A DNA stretch of 64,000 nucleotides. Source: a virus. Lineage: Duplodnaviria > Caudoviricetes. This document shows, piece after piece, positions 46,214-56,176 of the stretch. The first letter of the stretch is position 1. Every line of letters begins with the position of its first letter. The stretch is from the IMG/VR virus record IMGVR_UViG_3300035454_001303, positions 1 through 64,000 of that record; one strand, written 5' to 3'. A program made the position numbers and the translations under genes. Under the pieces are notes generated by a model that did not search any database, was not told where the DNA came from, and saw nothing but the letters and a program-made list of their open reading frames with translations.

Positions 46214-46741
46214 ATGCCTAACATCTCCAATGTTCAGCAGAACGTCCCGCTGGTGAAGAATTCCTATAAGAACCTGGTTTCGATGGGCGAAGGCGCGAAG
46301 GCTGACGATTTCAGGATGACCATTGAAGGTTATCCTGATCTCGAATACCTCGTGCAGTCCACCCAGCTCCCGGCACTCAAGCGGGAGATGATCGAATCCA
46401 AGGGGCCGCATGGTGTCATGTTTAATCAGCAGGGTAATTTCATGAACGCCCAGGACATCACCATTGCCTTCAAGGAAGTCATTTCCGGGAAGGCCCTGGA
46501 AGCCCTGCGGTCATGGGTTACGAACAAAGAATATCTCCAGATTACTTTGGCGCTCGTTTCCGAAAGCCAGCCGGAATCCGTCTATGCGAACTCCGTCGTT
46601 CTGGAAGACGCCTGGATCGAGATCGACGCGGTTGATCTGTCCGTCGATGACACGACGGTTCTGGTGAAGCCGTCCGGGACCATTCACGGCAACTGGGTGA
46701 CGTGGCCTGACGAAGAACAGGAAACGCTTCCCTGGGAATAA
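46214..46741 (+). CDS. bplB: Tail tube protein, P1 BplB-like
   Basis: F.MTIEGYPDL..LVQSTQLPALKRE.IE..GPHGV.FNQQG. Confidence 0.8.
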   Translation: MPNISNVQQNVPLVKNSYKNLVSMGEGAKADDFRMTIEGYPDLEYLVQSTQLPALKREMIESKGPHGVMFNQQGNFMNAQDITIAFKEVISGKALEALRSWVTNKEYLQITLALVSESQPESVYANSVVLEDAWIEIDAVDLSVDDTTVLVKPSGTIHGNWVTWPDEEQETLPWE

Positions 46742-46744
46742 GCC

Positions 46745-47308
46745 ATGACCCCTAATGAACTATTGAACCTGGTGAAAACACAATTCCAGGTTCTCTATGT
46801 TGAATCCGGAAAACTCACCAACCTTCTGAAGCAGGCCCTTGGGACCTATCAGGACAGGGCGGGCGTGATCCGGAAATTACAGTTCGGCGATGACGACACA
46901 GAGGCCGACACGCCGGCTGATCTGCTGGAAGTGATCTGCGTGGCCGATGCCGAGGGGCGCTGGCATGAGCACCGGATTGATGGGGATACCATCACCGTCA
47001 TTGAGCAGCTTCGCCCAGGGCTTTCCATAAGGAAGAGCGTCAGGCCATATACGGTTTCGTACTTTGTCAATTTACGGGACATGGACATCGAAAAGGATGT
47101 CTTGCCGCCTGAAACGGTGGGTCCTCTGCGTGAATATCTGGAGGCCCTGATTGCCATTCCCAATACGGCAAGGGCGCGTCAGATAGCCACGGCGACCGGA
47201 ATACAGGCGGAATACCCGTCCGACGATGAGCTGAGGACAAGGAAGGAAAACCTTGAACTGGCCATGGAGGATCTGCAGGCCATAATCCCGATGGCGACGG
47301 TGTACTGA
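46745..47308 (+). CDS. pmgC: P1 PmgC-like head-tail adaptor
   Basis: LLKQALGTYQDRAG; SYFVNLRDMD; EYLEALIAIPNT.R.R. Confidence 0.7.
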   Translation: MTPNELLNLVKTQFQVLYVESGKLTNLLKQALGTYQDRAGVIRKLQFGDDDTEADTPADLLEVICVADAEGRWHEHRIDGDTITVIEQLRPGLSIRKSVRPYTVSYFVNLRDMDIEKDVLPPETVGPLREYLEALIAIPNTARARQIATATGIQAEYPSDDELRTRKENLELAMEDLQAIIPMATVY

Positions 47309-47802
47309 TGCTGGAAGATTTCAATCAGCTCAGGCTTCTGACGAAGCAATTGGTTCACACCCCCTTTCAGGAGGGGTGGCAATTTCGTCTGGATATTGAC
47401 GACGAAAACGCTCCCAGTGACCTTGATATCTATGTCAAGGACATCACCTTCGGGCCGATTGAGATCGAGACCGAGGCAATCAAGGCCGGGATGCAGACCT
47501 TGACGTTTCCGACCGGGACCGTTCCGGTCGGGTTGTCGATGACCATGAGAGACAATCAGGACCGAAGAATCTACGATTGGTTCACGGCATGGTCAAAGGC
47601 GATGGTTAATGATGACGGGACGGTAAATCTCCCGTCTGAATACGTGAGAAAGGCGGAACGAATCAATCTGGCGACCGATGAAATCCAAGATACATGGTTC
47701 GTATTTCCGACCAAGCTGGGGGACATCACGGAATCTGTAGATTCAGAGGGGTTCCTTGAATTCCCTATTTCTTTCATACAGTTTAGATCATGGGGTGAAT
47801 GA
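47308..47802 (+). CDS. tub: P1 Tub-like tube/baseplate protein
   Basis: QEGWQFRLDID...YVKDIT...MTMRD...DWF...VNDDGTVNLPSEY. Confidence 0.75.
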   Translation: MLEDFNQLRLLTKQLVHTPFQEGWQFRLDIDDENAPSDLDIYVKDITFGPIEIETEAIKAGMQTLTFPTGTVPVGLSMTMRDNQDRRIYDWFTAWSKAMVNDDGTVNLPSEYVRKAERINLATDEIQDTWFVFPTKLGDITESVDSEGFLEFPISFIQFRSWGE

Positions 47803-48569
47803 TGATTTCTCCTTTTTCCCTGCCTTCCAATCCGAATATCGTCATCCAACTACGCGAAGCGACCGTGGCCGATGCCATTGACTTTGCGGATGTGGACGAG
47901 AGTCACGAGGAAGAGCTGACCACCATGTTTTTGGGGCGGATGCAGGATGCCGGCGCGATACGTGATCCCAGGAAATGGACCGACGCGGATCGGCGCTTCG
48001 CTCTTTATTGGTACTGGCTGCATACGGCCAAGGACCATGAAATCCCCCTTTCGTATGATTGCCGACATTGCGGGGAGAAGCACATTTACCTTCAGAATTT
48101 GCGGGAGCTTGCCGACAGCTATACGCCGATCAACGGAGCTGAGCGAGAAGGAAAATGGAAGGGGGAGAAAATAATCGTTCGGCCCCTTACCGGATGGAAC
48201 ATGGAGGCCCTGGAACGGATGAAGCTCGGCCTTGATGTCTCCAAGGGGATCAGCCGCAAAAAAGGACAAGCATCAATGATGTTTGAACGGCTTGCGATGT
48301 TCATTTCGTTTGCCGGGGATAAGGAGCCGGACAGGGTAAAACGGGGAGAGAAGAAGAGAAAGAGGCTCATGGCGATGCCTCTGGATGAATTCACGGAGTT
48401 CTCGGATATGGTCTATGGCCTGGCTGCAGAAATGAGGCACGGCCTGGAGATGGAGTACGAAGAGGGCCGCCTGTATCTTCTCATGCCGCCCCATAAATGT
48501 CCGGAAAGGGGGGAACAAACGCGCCTGCGTTATCCCTTTCGGAATAACGACTACATTCCAGGTTTATAG
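47799..48569 (+). CDS. pmgB: P1 PmgB-like tail assembly chaperone
   Basis: PFSLPSNP...ATVADAIDF...W...DRRFALYWY; C..CG..H; directly before the tape measure gene. Confidence 0.7.
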   Translation: MMISPFSLPSNPNIVIQLREATVADAIDFADVDESHEEELTTMFLGRMQDAGAIRDPRKWTDADRRFALYWYWLHTAKDHEIPLSYDCRHCGEKHIYLQNLRELADSYTPINGAEREGKWKGEKIIVRPLTGWNMEALERMKLGLDVSKGISRKKGQASMMFERLAMFISFAGDKEPDRVKRGEKKRKRLMAMPLDEFTEFSDMVYGLAAEMRHGLEMEYEEGRLYLLMPPHKCPERGEQTRLRYPFRNNDYIPGL

Positions 48570-48717
48570 CGAGCGATCCTGGAACATCATTGTCGAGAAT
48601 CTGTGCTTGTACGGCGGACAGAGCATCGACGGGTTGCTGAGGGTTCCTCAGAGCCGGGTAATTTCACTGCATGAAGCCTTGAAACGAAAAATGAAGGCTA
48701 CCAAGAGGCGAAGATGA
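48538..48717 (+). CDS. +1-frame extension of the PmgB-like gene (putative frameshift product)
   Basis: Open +1 frame from CCC-TTT-CGG (48534-48542) to TGA 48715-48717, overlapping the sit ATG; no ATG/GTG/TTG in that frame between the stop at 48433 and 48607. Confidence 0.6.
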   Translation, partial: FGITTTFQVYSERSWNIIVENLCLYGGQSIDGLLRVPQSRVISLHEALKRKMKATKRRR

Positions 48718-51557
48718 TCAAGAGCGAAGCCAGAATGGAGAAGACGACGACCGCAGTCGCCCCTATCTCTGATAATGAAGAGAAGCTCTTCGCCTTTGAT
48801 GAAATCCTCAGAGGGATTGAGGAAAAAAACAATAGGGAAATCATTCCGATCCTGGAAAGGATCGAATTCAATACTTCGTTCCTGAAGAAAACTTCCAAAC
48901 AGACAGCGGCAGAAAGCAGGCCCGTCACAGCGCAAGGGATATTCCCTCGAGTCGCGCCTTTGAGACGCCGCGACGAGAAGGGCCGGTTTGCGCTGGATGA
49001 GGGGACAAAGAAGGCCCCGAAAGTTCCTGTTGTTACCGCGAGACTGGCAACGGAAGAGGATCTTGTGCACGAAGAAAAAAAGAGGCAGGCAACGTCCTCC
49101 GCGACCGCTGTTACTACGGTCGGTCCCGAACCTGCCATGCAACAACGACCCCAGGAAGCGGCCACAGAGGCGGCCCCGGTGAAAAAGGAACAGGTGGCTT
49201 CCAAATCTCCCAGGGGAAAAGTTCCCGACGAGACAAAGGGAGAGCGGGACAATCGCGGGCGTTTCATCGGCAAGAGCAAATCCCAGGAAGCCAGATCCGA
49301 ACAGAGGAACAAGGATGAAAAGAAGTCCCTGTTTGAATCCCTGAAAGATGGCATCGGCGGTGTGGGCGCCAAAGGGAAATCGGCAGTTGCGGCCAACGCC
49401 GGCACTATCGAAGAGGCGGCGGGACGCGCTGCGGGCGGTCCCATTTTTGAAGCGGCCATGGAACTTAAAGGCGCTGTCGATTCGGCACGCGATGAAGACA
49501 GCATGATCGGGAAGGCTGCACGGTGGGCCGGAAAGAAAACGGGGATCTCGAAAGGCGAAGAAGAAAAGCCTTCCAAGGAAGGCCGCGACGAGAAGGGCCG
49601 GTTTCTGACGGGTACAGCGAAGGCTGATGACGGAAGCAAGAAAATTATCGAAACCCTGAAGGGCTCTGAAAATGAAGACGAAAAACGTCACGAAGAGCTT
49701 ATCAAGACCATCCTGAAAGGCAACAAGGAGAAAGGCCCTGAAAGCATGGGTCTCCCTTCTGCCAGGCGGACGGGGCCGGGCGCGCGCGCTAAAGAAAAAT
49801 TGCAGAAAGCCATGAAAAAGTCCCAGCTCCCAACCGTCGCAAAAGCACCTCGGATGCCCGGGGGCGGTGGGCCGGGTGGTGGGATTTTGAGCACGCTTCT
49901 CAGTCGCTTTGCTCTTCCGGGTATGGCCGTTGTAGGAGCGGGGCTTGCTGGCGCCGCTGTCGGGACAGCGATCAACAGTTTGATCAACTCTATTACAGAG
50001 AAGGTATCGGATGGAAAACACAAGACGGCAGGTGATGCTTTCCATGATTTCGTAAATCCGGAATCGAAAGGCGTCAGAAATATCATAGGAGACGTTGAGT
50101 CCGGTCGCAAAGGATACTCGGCTTATCAAAACAAGGACAGCGGCATTGTCTCTGCGGGAAAGTATCAGTTCACGGCGGCGGGCGGTGAAAAAAGCTCCCT
50201 TGCCAAAGTGCTCGATAACTATGCCGGCGCTGGGGGAGCGCGCACGCAGGAAGCCCAAAAATATTCCGCAATCATAAAGAGCGGGAAAGCTGAATCGCTA
50301 CGAAATGACGCGGGTTTTAGGTCGTTCCTTGAACAGACCGGGAACGACAAAATAATGCAGCAGGCCCAGGAAAAAACATTTGATCAGAACTATTTCAACC
50401 CGGCCATTGGTTATGCACAAAGACAGGGAATCAACGCCATTAAAATGCCGAAGCTGGCTGCAATGATGGTTGATACCAATATTCAGGGCGGCATGGCGGA
50501 CGTTACTCAGGCGACCAGCAGGCGCTTGGCACAACAGGGGAAGACTTTCAAGACGGCCTCTGAAGAAGAGATCATGAATCTCTTTGTCGAGGAGAGAAAA
50601 AATCGCCTTGACCGGGTTGCAAGCCAAAAGGAAGCCAAAGGAGACACAAAAACGGCATCTATGCTTCGTAACAGCAAGGGCCGCGTAGACAATGTGCGAG
50701 CCGCGCTGGATAAAAACGAAAAAGCTTTGCGCGGGGACGCTTATGACATTGCCGTCGCTACAAATAAGGAGAGGGTGCAACCATCGCAGGATGAACAACA
50801 GCCTGTCGCGTCTGGCCCAAGTGATAAAGCATCTCCGGCGAAGTCGGCAGCCACGGTCGCAAAGACAGCCCCGTCTCCGGCCGTAAACATCGTGGCGAGC
50901 AAGGATGATAGTACGCAATCGACATCGAAAACAATCCCAACTGAAACTGTCACGCCAGTAAAACCAATAAAGAAACGGGCTTTCCGTGCAGTAGCGAGAA
51001 AGGAGCCCCCGGCAATAGGAGGCGAAATCACGCGAGAAAAAGCCTCTTCCACGGATCAGCCCGCAAATCTTGCGAAGGGAGAATCATCCCGCGAAAAGGC
51101 GTCTCCAATGGCGGCCACCACCGTCGAGCCAGTAGAGCCGATTGTGACGGCCACAGCAACCCCGGTTGCCGACATCCGCAAGCGAATTCTTTCAAGGACC
51201 CGGGCGCGGACCGCAGCATTGGGGGGCGGGAGCTTGGAGGCGAAACCTATTGAGGGCGGCGCCATGGCGACGGAACCGGCCACCTCGCTGGCCACAGGAA
51301 TGCCGGCGCGCTCGGTAAGGCAGCCGGAACGAATGACCACGGCCAGGGCAGAGATACCGGAAGCGCCTTCATCCATTCCGGGGCCGAAGCAAGCCGGATC
51401 TGACATGAACGGCGTGTTCATGGCGGCCATCGATAAGCTCAATGCGACCATGGCCAAGATGACAGGACAAGATGAGGCAAAGCGTTCCGGGGTGCCGCCG
51501 ATCCGGACTGAGTTTGATGACACCATGCTGACCCTCATGGCTTACGACAGGGTGTGA
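48714..51557 (+). CDS. sit: Tape measure protein (P1 Sit-like) with a lysozyme-like domain
   Basis: 947 aa; low-complexity helical body with RDxxGRF repeats; central IGDVESG...SAGKYQF domain; synteny. Confidence 0.8.
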   Translation: MIKSEARMEKTTTAVAPISDNEEKLFAFDEILRGIEEKNNREIIPILERIEFNTSFLKKTSKQTAAESRPVTAQGIFPRVAPLRRRDEKGRFALDEGTKKAPKVPVVTARLATEEDLVHEEKKRQATSSATAVTTVGPEPAMQQRPQEAATEAAPVKKEQVASKSPRGKVPDETKGERDNRGRFIGKSKSQEARSEQRNKDEKKSLFESLKDGIGGVGAKGKSAVAANAGTIEEAAGRAAGGPIFEAAMELKGAVDSARDEDSMIGKAARWAGKKTGISKGEEEKPSKEGRDEKGRFLTGTAKADDGSKKIIETLKGSENEDEKRHEELIKTILKGNKEKGPESMGLPSARRTGPGARAKEKLQKAMKKSQLPTVAKAPRMPGGGGPGGGILSTLLSRFALPGMAVVGAGLAGAAVGTAINSLINSITEKVSDGKHKTAGDAFHDFVNPESKGVRNIIGDVESGRKGYSAYQNKDSGIVSAGKYQFTAAGGEKSSLAKVLDNYAGAGGARTQEAQKYSAIIKSGKAESLRNDAGFRSFLEQTGNDKIMQQAQEKTFDQNYFNPAIGYAQRQGINAIKMPKLAAMMVDTNIQGGMADVTQATSRRLAQQGKTFKTASEEEIMNLFVEERKNRLDRVASQKEAKGDTKTASMLRNSKGRVDNVRAALDKNEKALRGDAYDIAVATNKERVQPSQDEQQPVASGPSDKASPAKSAATVAKTAPSPAVNIVASKDDSTQSTSKTIPTETVTPVKPIKKRAFRAVARKEPPAIGGEITREKASSTDQPANLAKGESSREKASPMAATTVEPVEPIVTATATPVADIRKRILSRTRARTAALGGGSLEAKPIEGGAMATEPATSLATGMPARSVRQPERMTTARAEIPEAPSSIPGPKQAGSDMNGVFMAAIDKLNATMAKMTGQDEAKRSGVPPIRTEFDDTMLTLMAYDRV

Positions 51558-51910
51558 TTATGGCCGCTATTGAAGAATTCGATCACCTGATTGAGCTGAA
51601 CCCGTCCACGGAGGTGAAGAAATACGAGGATGAGGACGCACTACAGGACCGGATCTTTGAATGGTTTGAGACTCCCCAAGGGACAGTGGCGGATCTTCCG
51701 GGGTGGGGCCATAACCTGCTTCCCCTGAAGCATGAGCCCCAGGGGGTAAGTCTAAATGTCATGGCGGAAATGAGCATCACAATCAAGATGCCGCAGGACA
51801 TTGAAAACCTGGTCATTGAAAGCGTGAGCGTTGAATTCACAGAGATCGATCTGTGTCAGATCATTATCAGGCATCGCCTTGGGGTTTTTGAGGAGAAAAT
51901 AGAGCTGTGA
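51554..51910 (+). CDS. pmgA: P1 PmgA-like (T4 gp25-like) baseplate wedge protein
   Basis: RIFEWFETPQG.V..LPGWGH.L..LKHEP. Confidence 0.75.
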   Translation: MIMAAIEEFDHLIELNPSTEVKKYEDEDALQDRIFEWFETPQGTVADLPGWGHNLLPLKHEPQGVSLNVMAEMSITIKMPQDIENLVIESVSVEFTEIDLCQIIIRHRLGVFEEKIEL

Positions 51911-53310
51911 TTACAAAAGAAGAGGCAATCCAAAAATTTAAAGACATTCTGCTTGCGAAGGCGTCATGGAAAACCTTGTCGAAATCGCAGTTCGTCAATC
52001 ACCTTGCCGTTTTCATGAGCTGGGCGCTGCGGGAAGCGTTGTGGAAGATCGAAAGGACCTTCCAGGAATACTTTCTGTCCACGGCCTTGAATGAAGCCAG
52101 TGTGCTGGCCCATGTGGAAGATCGAGAATACCTCCCGCGCAAGCGCACGCCGTCTTCGGGATCCGGCACGATCACGAACAACGGTACGAGCGTTTTGTAT
52201 TTGCCGGCATACCAGCCGTTTTCGTCTGATGCCGACCTCGATTATGTCACCGACCGGGCCTTGTCACTCGCCGCAGGTGAAGCGGCGGAAGTCGAATTTT
52301 CACAGATGGTCAAGGAAGAGATCGTTCACGAGGTTACGGAAGAGAAGCCGTTCTACGAGATCCTTTTCGATAAGGCCCTAACGGAGAAAATCCACGATTT
52401 CACGGTCCAAGTCGATTTGGGATACGGCTATGAAGAATGGGATTGCTCGCGGCTCTTCCAGAACGCCAACGAGGGCGATCATGTTTACGATGAATTCTAT
52501 ACGCACGCCGGACAAACAGGAATCAGATTCGGGAATGACTACATCGGAACCATTCTTCCCGTTGGAACATCCGTGAAGGTCTCCCTGTGGTTGACTGATG
52601 GGGAAACCTATCTTGCAGAAGGGCAACCCCTGTACCCTGTTGGCGAGGTCCTGGATGCTTCGGGGCAGGTAGCCGATATGGAGGCCATCACGACCGAGGC
52701 CATCACTGACGGTCAGGCAAAAGAGACCGTTTCGGAGATGCGACAGAACCTCCAATACTGGCCCATCTATAACGAAAAGCTGGTATGGCGTGACGATTAT
52801 GTCTTCTTCATCAAGAGAGCTGTGGCAAGCATCCTGTGGATCAACGTGTGGGGCGAAACAGAGGCCGAGGCGATCCACGGGCCACGATTCGAGTTCATCA
52901 ATAAAATCTTTGTGTCTTCCTATGCTGAAGACCGTCCGAATCTTGAAACGGAGGTCATGAGCGCCCTTTCCGATGTCCACATTCTGAACCGAAAATTCGA
53001 GTGGGTTGCGCCGTTGCTTTCCACGTTCCACCTGACCATCACGGGGAAGGTCCCCAGGACGGTAATCATATCCGATGTGCAGGCAGCCATTATTGAAGCT
53101 CTGACAGATAATTATGGAAAAGATTCCTCAAGCCGTCTGTCGGAGGTTCTTGTGAAGGACTTTTATCGGATCATCAACGCAACCGGATATTTCTCCACAA
53201 CCGGTGCCTATTTCAACGTGACCCATGCCGGGACGCTGGAGCCGACAGAACTAAACGAGATGGTTCACATCGACATGGATGCGACCACGATTTCATTGAG
53301 CTACTTATGA
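51907..53310 (+). CDS. bplA: Baseplate wedge protein, P1 BplA-like
   Basis: SQFVNHL...EYFLSTA....SVLA; GIRFGND.IG; VWRDDY.FF; INKIFVS. Confidence 0.85.
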   Translation: MITKEEAIQKFKDILLAKASWKTLSKSQFVNHLAVFMSWALREALWKIERTFQEYFLSTALNEASVLAHVEDREYLPRKRTPSSGSGTITNNGTSVLYLPAYQPFSSDADLDYVTDRALSLAAGEAAEVEFSQMVKEEIVHEVTEEKPFYEILFDKALTEKIHDFTVQVDLGYGYEEWDCSRLFQNANEGDHVYDEFYTHAGQTGIRFGNDYIGTILPVGTSVKVSLWLTDGETYLAEGQPLYPVGEVLDASGQVADMEAITTEAITDGQAKETVSEMRQNLQYWPIYNEKLVWRDDYVFFIKRAVASILWINVWGETEAEAIHGPRFEFINKIFVSSYAEDRPNLETEVMSALSDVHILNRKFEWVAPLLSTFHLTITGKVPRTVIISDVQAAIIEALTDNYGKDSSSRLSEVLVKDFYRIINATGYFSTTGAYFNVTHAGTLEPTELNEMVHIDMDATTISLSYL

Positions 53311-54839
53311 TCGACTGGCTGAAAAAAAGATTATCGCCCGTAAAGAGGGATTCCTCGCGATGGAGGGATCTCGCTGAAGCCATTCAGGGGTTTTGGGCGG
53401 AAAACTTTGACCCGAGCTATGACGTGCTCGCCGGTTTGCGGTCGATCTATACGGCTGACGATACGAATCAGAAGCGGATCGTTGTGGAGCTGGGCCATTA
53501 TTTCGAAGATGGGATCTCCGACGAGAACATCCCGGTCAGCGTTGCAACCCGCAAGATGGAGCTTCACCAAAAGGAAACGAACGTTCCTCTTGTCCGGTCT
53601 ATGGCGCGGATCGGCTTCGTCGCTGAATGGGCTCCCCTCTATGCCCCCAGGGGCGAGATTTATGGGACGGCATTTTATACGGAAGACGAGCTTGAAGCGG
53701 CGGGCCTGGACATCAATGCGGAACTACTTCGCCTGGATGGGTCGTGGCATGTTGGCGACGACCCGGCTGTGCATCTGGCTTCCGATGGCGTTTATCTGAC
53801 ATCTCGCGCGAAGATGGTCATTGATCTGTCAAGCGGGCGTGCACCCGAAATGATAGACGTGGCTCGCCGACGAATCATGCAGATCAAGCCGCTTCACATC
53901 GTTTTTGACGGCTTCAAGTATAAGATTTGGCTCGAAATATCGGCCATTCCGACCCACGAAATGCACCTGGCCATGACAAAAGTCGTTGCCCAACATTATC
54001 CCTGGTGCACGCCGAAGCTCAATGGGCTTTGGAAGATCGGTACGAACATCACCATCGCGCACCGGCACCTGAACGGATCATGGAAGCTGAACGGAGCGGC
54101 AGACCTTGGGTCCTATCAGATATCCGGGACGGTTTACCGGCAGTTACTCCAATGCACCATCACAAGCAGCATGGGACTCGCCAAGCATATCGAAAGGCCG
54201 GATGCCTATTTCGTGAACCGGCTCAGCGAATCGCTCTTGAAGCTCAATGGCCTGTGGCATGTCGGCATGAACCGGGTTCTGATCCTGAGCGGAAAGCGAA
54301 AGCTCAGGAAATCAATTGATTTGCCGTCCATTCCATCGGTCGGATTCGGATCGGGAGAGGGATGGACCGTTCAGTATCCGGTCTCCCCAAGGAAGCTGGG
54401 AGTTCTTCCGGCCCTAGTTTCGTATAGACGGCTTGATGGAACGTGGCAAGTCGGTGAGCCTGTCAGGAGCGTAATCCTTGACGGTACATGGAAGGTCCGG
54501 TCTCCGGGCATCAAGGCGGAATCGCGCCTGAAATTGGTAAAATTTCTTGGACACGCGGGGGTGTTTGGGAAGGTGGGGCGCTACACGGCCCAGGTCGGCA
54601 ACGGATGGTCTCGCAAACTTGACGGCATGTGGGGCGTTGGGGCCTATTGTGACGTTGACGGCACTTGGCGGCTCGATGGGTCAAAACGGCTTGGCGCAAT
54701 TCGCATCGGAAGATATTACCGCCGCCTCGACGGATCATGGAGGGTTGGGGAAGTGACGAAGCACCTGGATGGTTCGTGGCGCATAGGCCAGCCGGGACCG
54801 GTATGCGAATGCGAAATAAACATCAGAAAGGCGGCGTAA
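53307..54839 (+). CDS. P1 gp16-like baseplate protein with C-terminal LDGxW repeats
   Basis: LSPVK...DLAEAIQ; W.PLYAP; KPLHIVFDG; about 10 L[DN]G.W repeats. Confidence 0.75.
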   Translation: MIDWLKKRLSPVKRDSSRWRDLAEAIQGFWAENFDPSYDVLAGLRSIYTADDTNQKRIVVELGHYFEDGISDENIPVSVATRKMELHQKETNVPLVRSMARIGFVAEWAPLYAPRGEIYGTAFYTEDELEAAGLDINAELLRLDGSWHVGDDPAVHLASDGVYLTSRAKMVIDLSSGRAPEMIDVARRRIMQIKPLHIVFDGFKYKIWLEISAIPTHEMHLAMTKVVAQHYPWCTPKLNGLWKIGTNITIAHRHLNGSWKLNGAADLGSYQISGTVYRQLLQCTITSSMGLAKHIERPDAYFVNRLSESLLKLNGLWHVGMNRVLILSGKRKLRKSIDLPSIPSVGFGSGEGWTVQYPVSPRKLGVLPALVSYRRLDGTWQVGEPVRSVILDGTWKVRSPGIKAESRLKLVKFLGHAGVFGKVGRYTAQVGNGWSRKLDGMWGVGAYCDVDGTWRLDGSKRLGAIRIGRYYRRLDGSWRVGEVTKHLDGSWRIGQPGPVCECEINIRKAA

Positions 54840-54851
54840 AGGAGAAGAGAA

Positions 54852-55232
54852 ATGTCAGAAGCAACGACTACAAACAGTTTCAGGCAGAGGTTGGCGCGGC
54901 ACCATTATGACGGGACAGCACTCCCACAGGTGGCGCAAATGTCCTTCGGGGATGGCGGGCATAACCCGGACGGATCACCAAAGACCCCGAATGCGGCACA
55001 GACGGCCCTCGTTCATGAAGTGCTCAGGAAGAACCTGAGCGCGATCACGCAGGAAGATCTCTACTCCGTGACCGGGACGGGCATTGTCGCGGAGGCGGAA
55101 CTTGTGGGCACCCATATTTCAGAGGCCGGCCTTTTGGATGCGTCAGGGAATCTTCTCGGCTTTAGGAACTTCGCACCGAAAATCAAGGAAGCCGATGAAA
55201 CCTATGAAATCAAAATCAAATTGAAGTTTTAA
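54852..55232 (+). CDS. Tail-collar/fibre anchor protein (DUF3751-like)
   Basis: MSFGDGG...QTALVHEVLR...ISEAGLLDASGNL. Confidence 0.7.
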   Translation: MSEATTTNSFRQRLARHHYDGTALPQVAQMSFGDGGHNPDGSPKTPNAAQTALVHEVLRKNLSAITQEDLYSVTGTGIVAEAELVGTHISEAGLLDASGNLLGFRNFAPKIKEADETYEIKIKLKF

Positions 55233-55256
55233 CCCGAAGGAAAGGAGGACATTCAA

Positions 55257-56162
55257 ATGGCATTACCACATGCAGCAATTACGCCCATACCGAACAATGA
55301 GCCCGATGCCGTTCCCAGTCTTTGGAATGATCGTTATCTGGAAATTGACGAGAATTTTGAAAACTTGGATGAACGGGCGGCGGCCCTGGAAAGCGAGGTG
55401 CAGGCTGCGCGAGGCGGTCAGGCGTCTATGGATCAGCGCCTTGATCAGATCGAAACCAACGTGGAGGGGCTTGATCCCGAGTTTCAGAACAACCTGATTG
55501 CGGCTGTTCTGGCGGCCACGGACTTGGCAGCCCTGGCAAATAAGGAACTGGACCGGTTCCGGCGCGTCCGTATTCAGGAAGGGGAAACGACTATCTATAA
55601 TCGGGGAATCATTTCCGGTTGCGCGATTACACGAAAGGCAGCGGATGTAAGAATCCTGAGCCTGGCCCTTGGGAGTCTGTTTATCCACGGGCGCTCATAC
55701 AGCGTGCCAGCCGATGCCGACGCCACTTCCGTACCGCCGAACCCCGGAGCCAGTTCCGCAACCTGCTATGTCTATCTCTACATCGATGAGACTGGCACGG
55801 TCGAATGCCAATGCACGGCGCTGAATGCGGCGGCACCATCCACAGGCCTTGTAGTCTACACGATTACGGTTCCCGCTGGCAGCACGAATGACGGAGACGC
55901 CTTCACAATCACGGATGCACGGCGTGTATGTACGGGCTGGCCCAATGTGTTCGTGTCTCCCATCTATGCTTCGATTGCCCTGCCCTATGTCCTGCCCGAC
56001 GCGAATTATGCAGTGCATCTGGATGTGGCGTCCTGCGAAGGCGGGCGGCAGCAGATCGGGGCGCTGGAAGTCGAGGACCGGCTGACGAACGGATTTAAAA
56101 TTTACCTGGCGGGGGCGGCGGATGCAGTGAAGGTGCGCTACCACGTCCAGCGGATGATTTAA
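55257..56162 (+). CDS. Tail fibre shaft protein
   Basis: N-terminal coiled coil; C-terminal LPD.NY.V...TNGFKI gp53-like domain. Confidence 0.65.
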   Translation: MALPHAAITPIPNNEPDAVPSLWNDRYLEIDENFENLDERAAALESEVQAARGGQASMDQRLDQIETNVEGLDPEFQNNLIAAVLAATDLAALANKELDRFRRVRIQEGETTIYNRGIISGCAITRKAADVRILSLALGSLFIHGRSYSVPADADATSVPPNPGASSATCYVYLYIDETGTVECQCTALNAAAPSTGLVVYTITVPAGSTNDGDAFTITDARRVCTGWPNVFVSPIYASIALPYVLPDANYAVHLDVASCEGGRQQIGALEVEDRLTNGFKIYLAGAADAVKVRYHVQRMI

Positions 56163-56176
56163 AGGGGGGTGAGCAC

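Noticed and set aside
48968-49604. Exact 22-bp repeat CCGCGACGAGAAGGGCCGGTTT (48968 and 49583) in the tape measure gene
   Set aside because: It encodes the RDEKGRF peptide repeat; there are no adenine-biased differences, so it is not a DGR or recombination signal.
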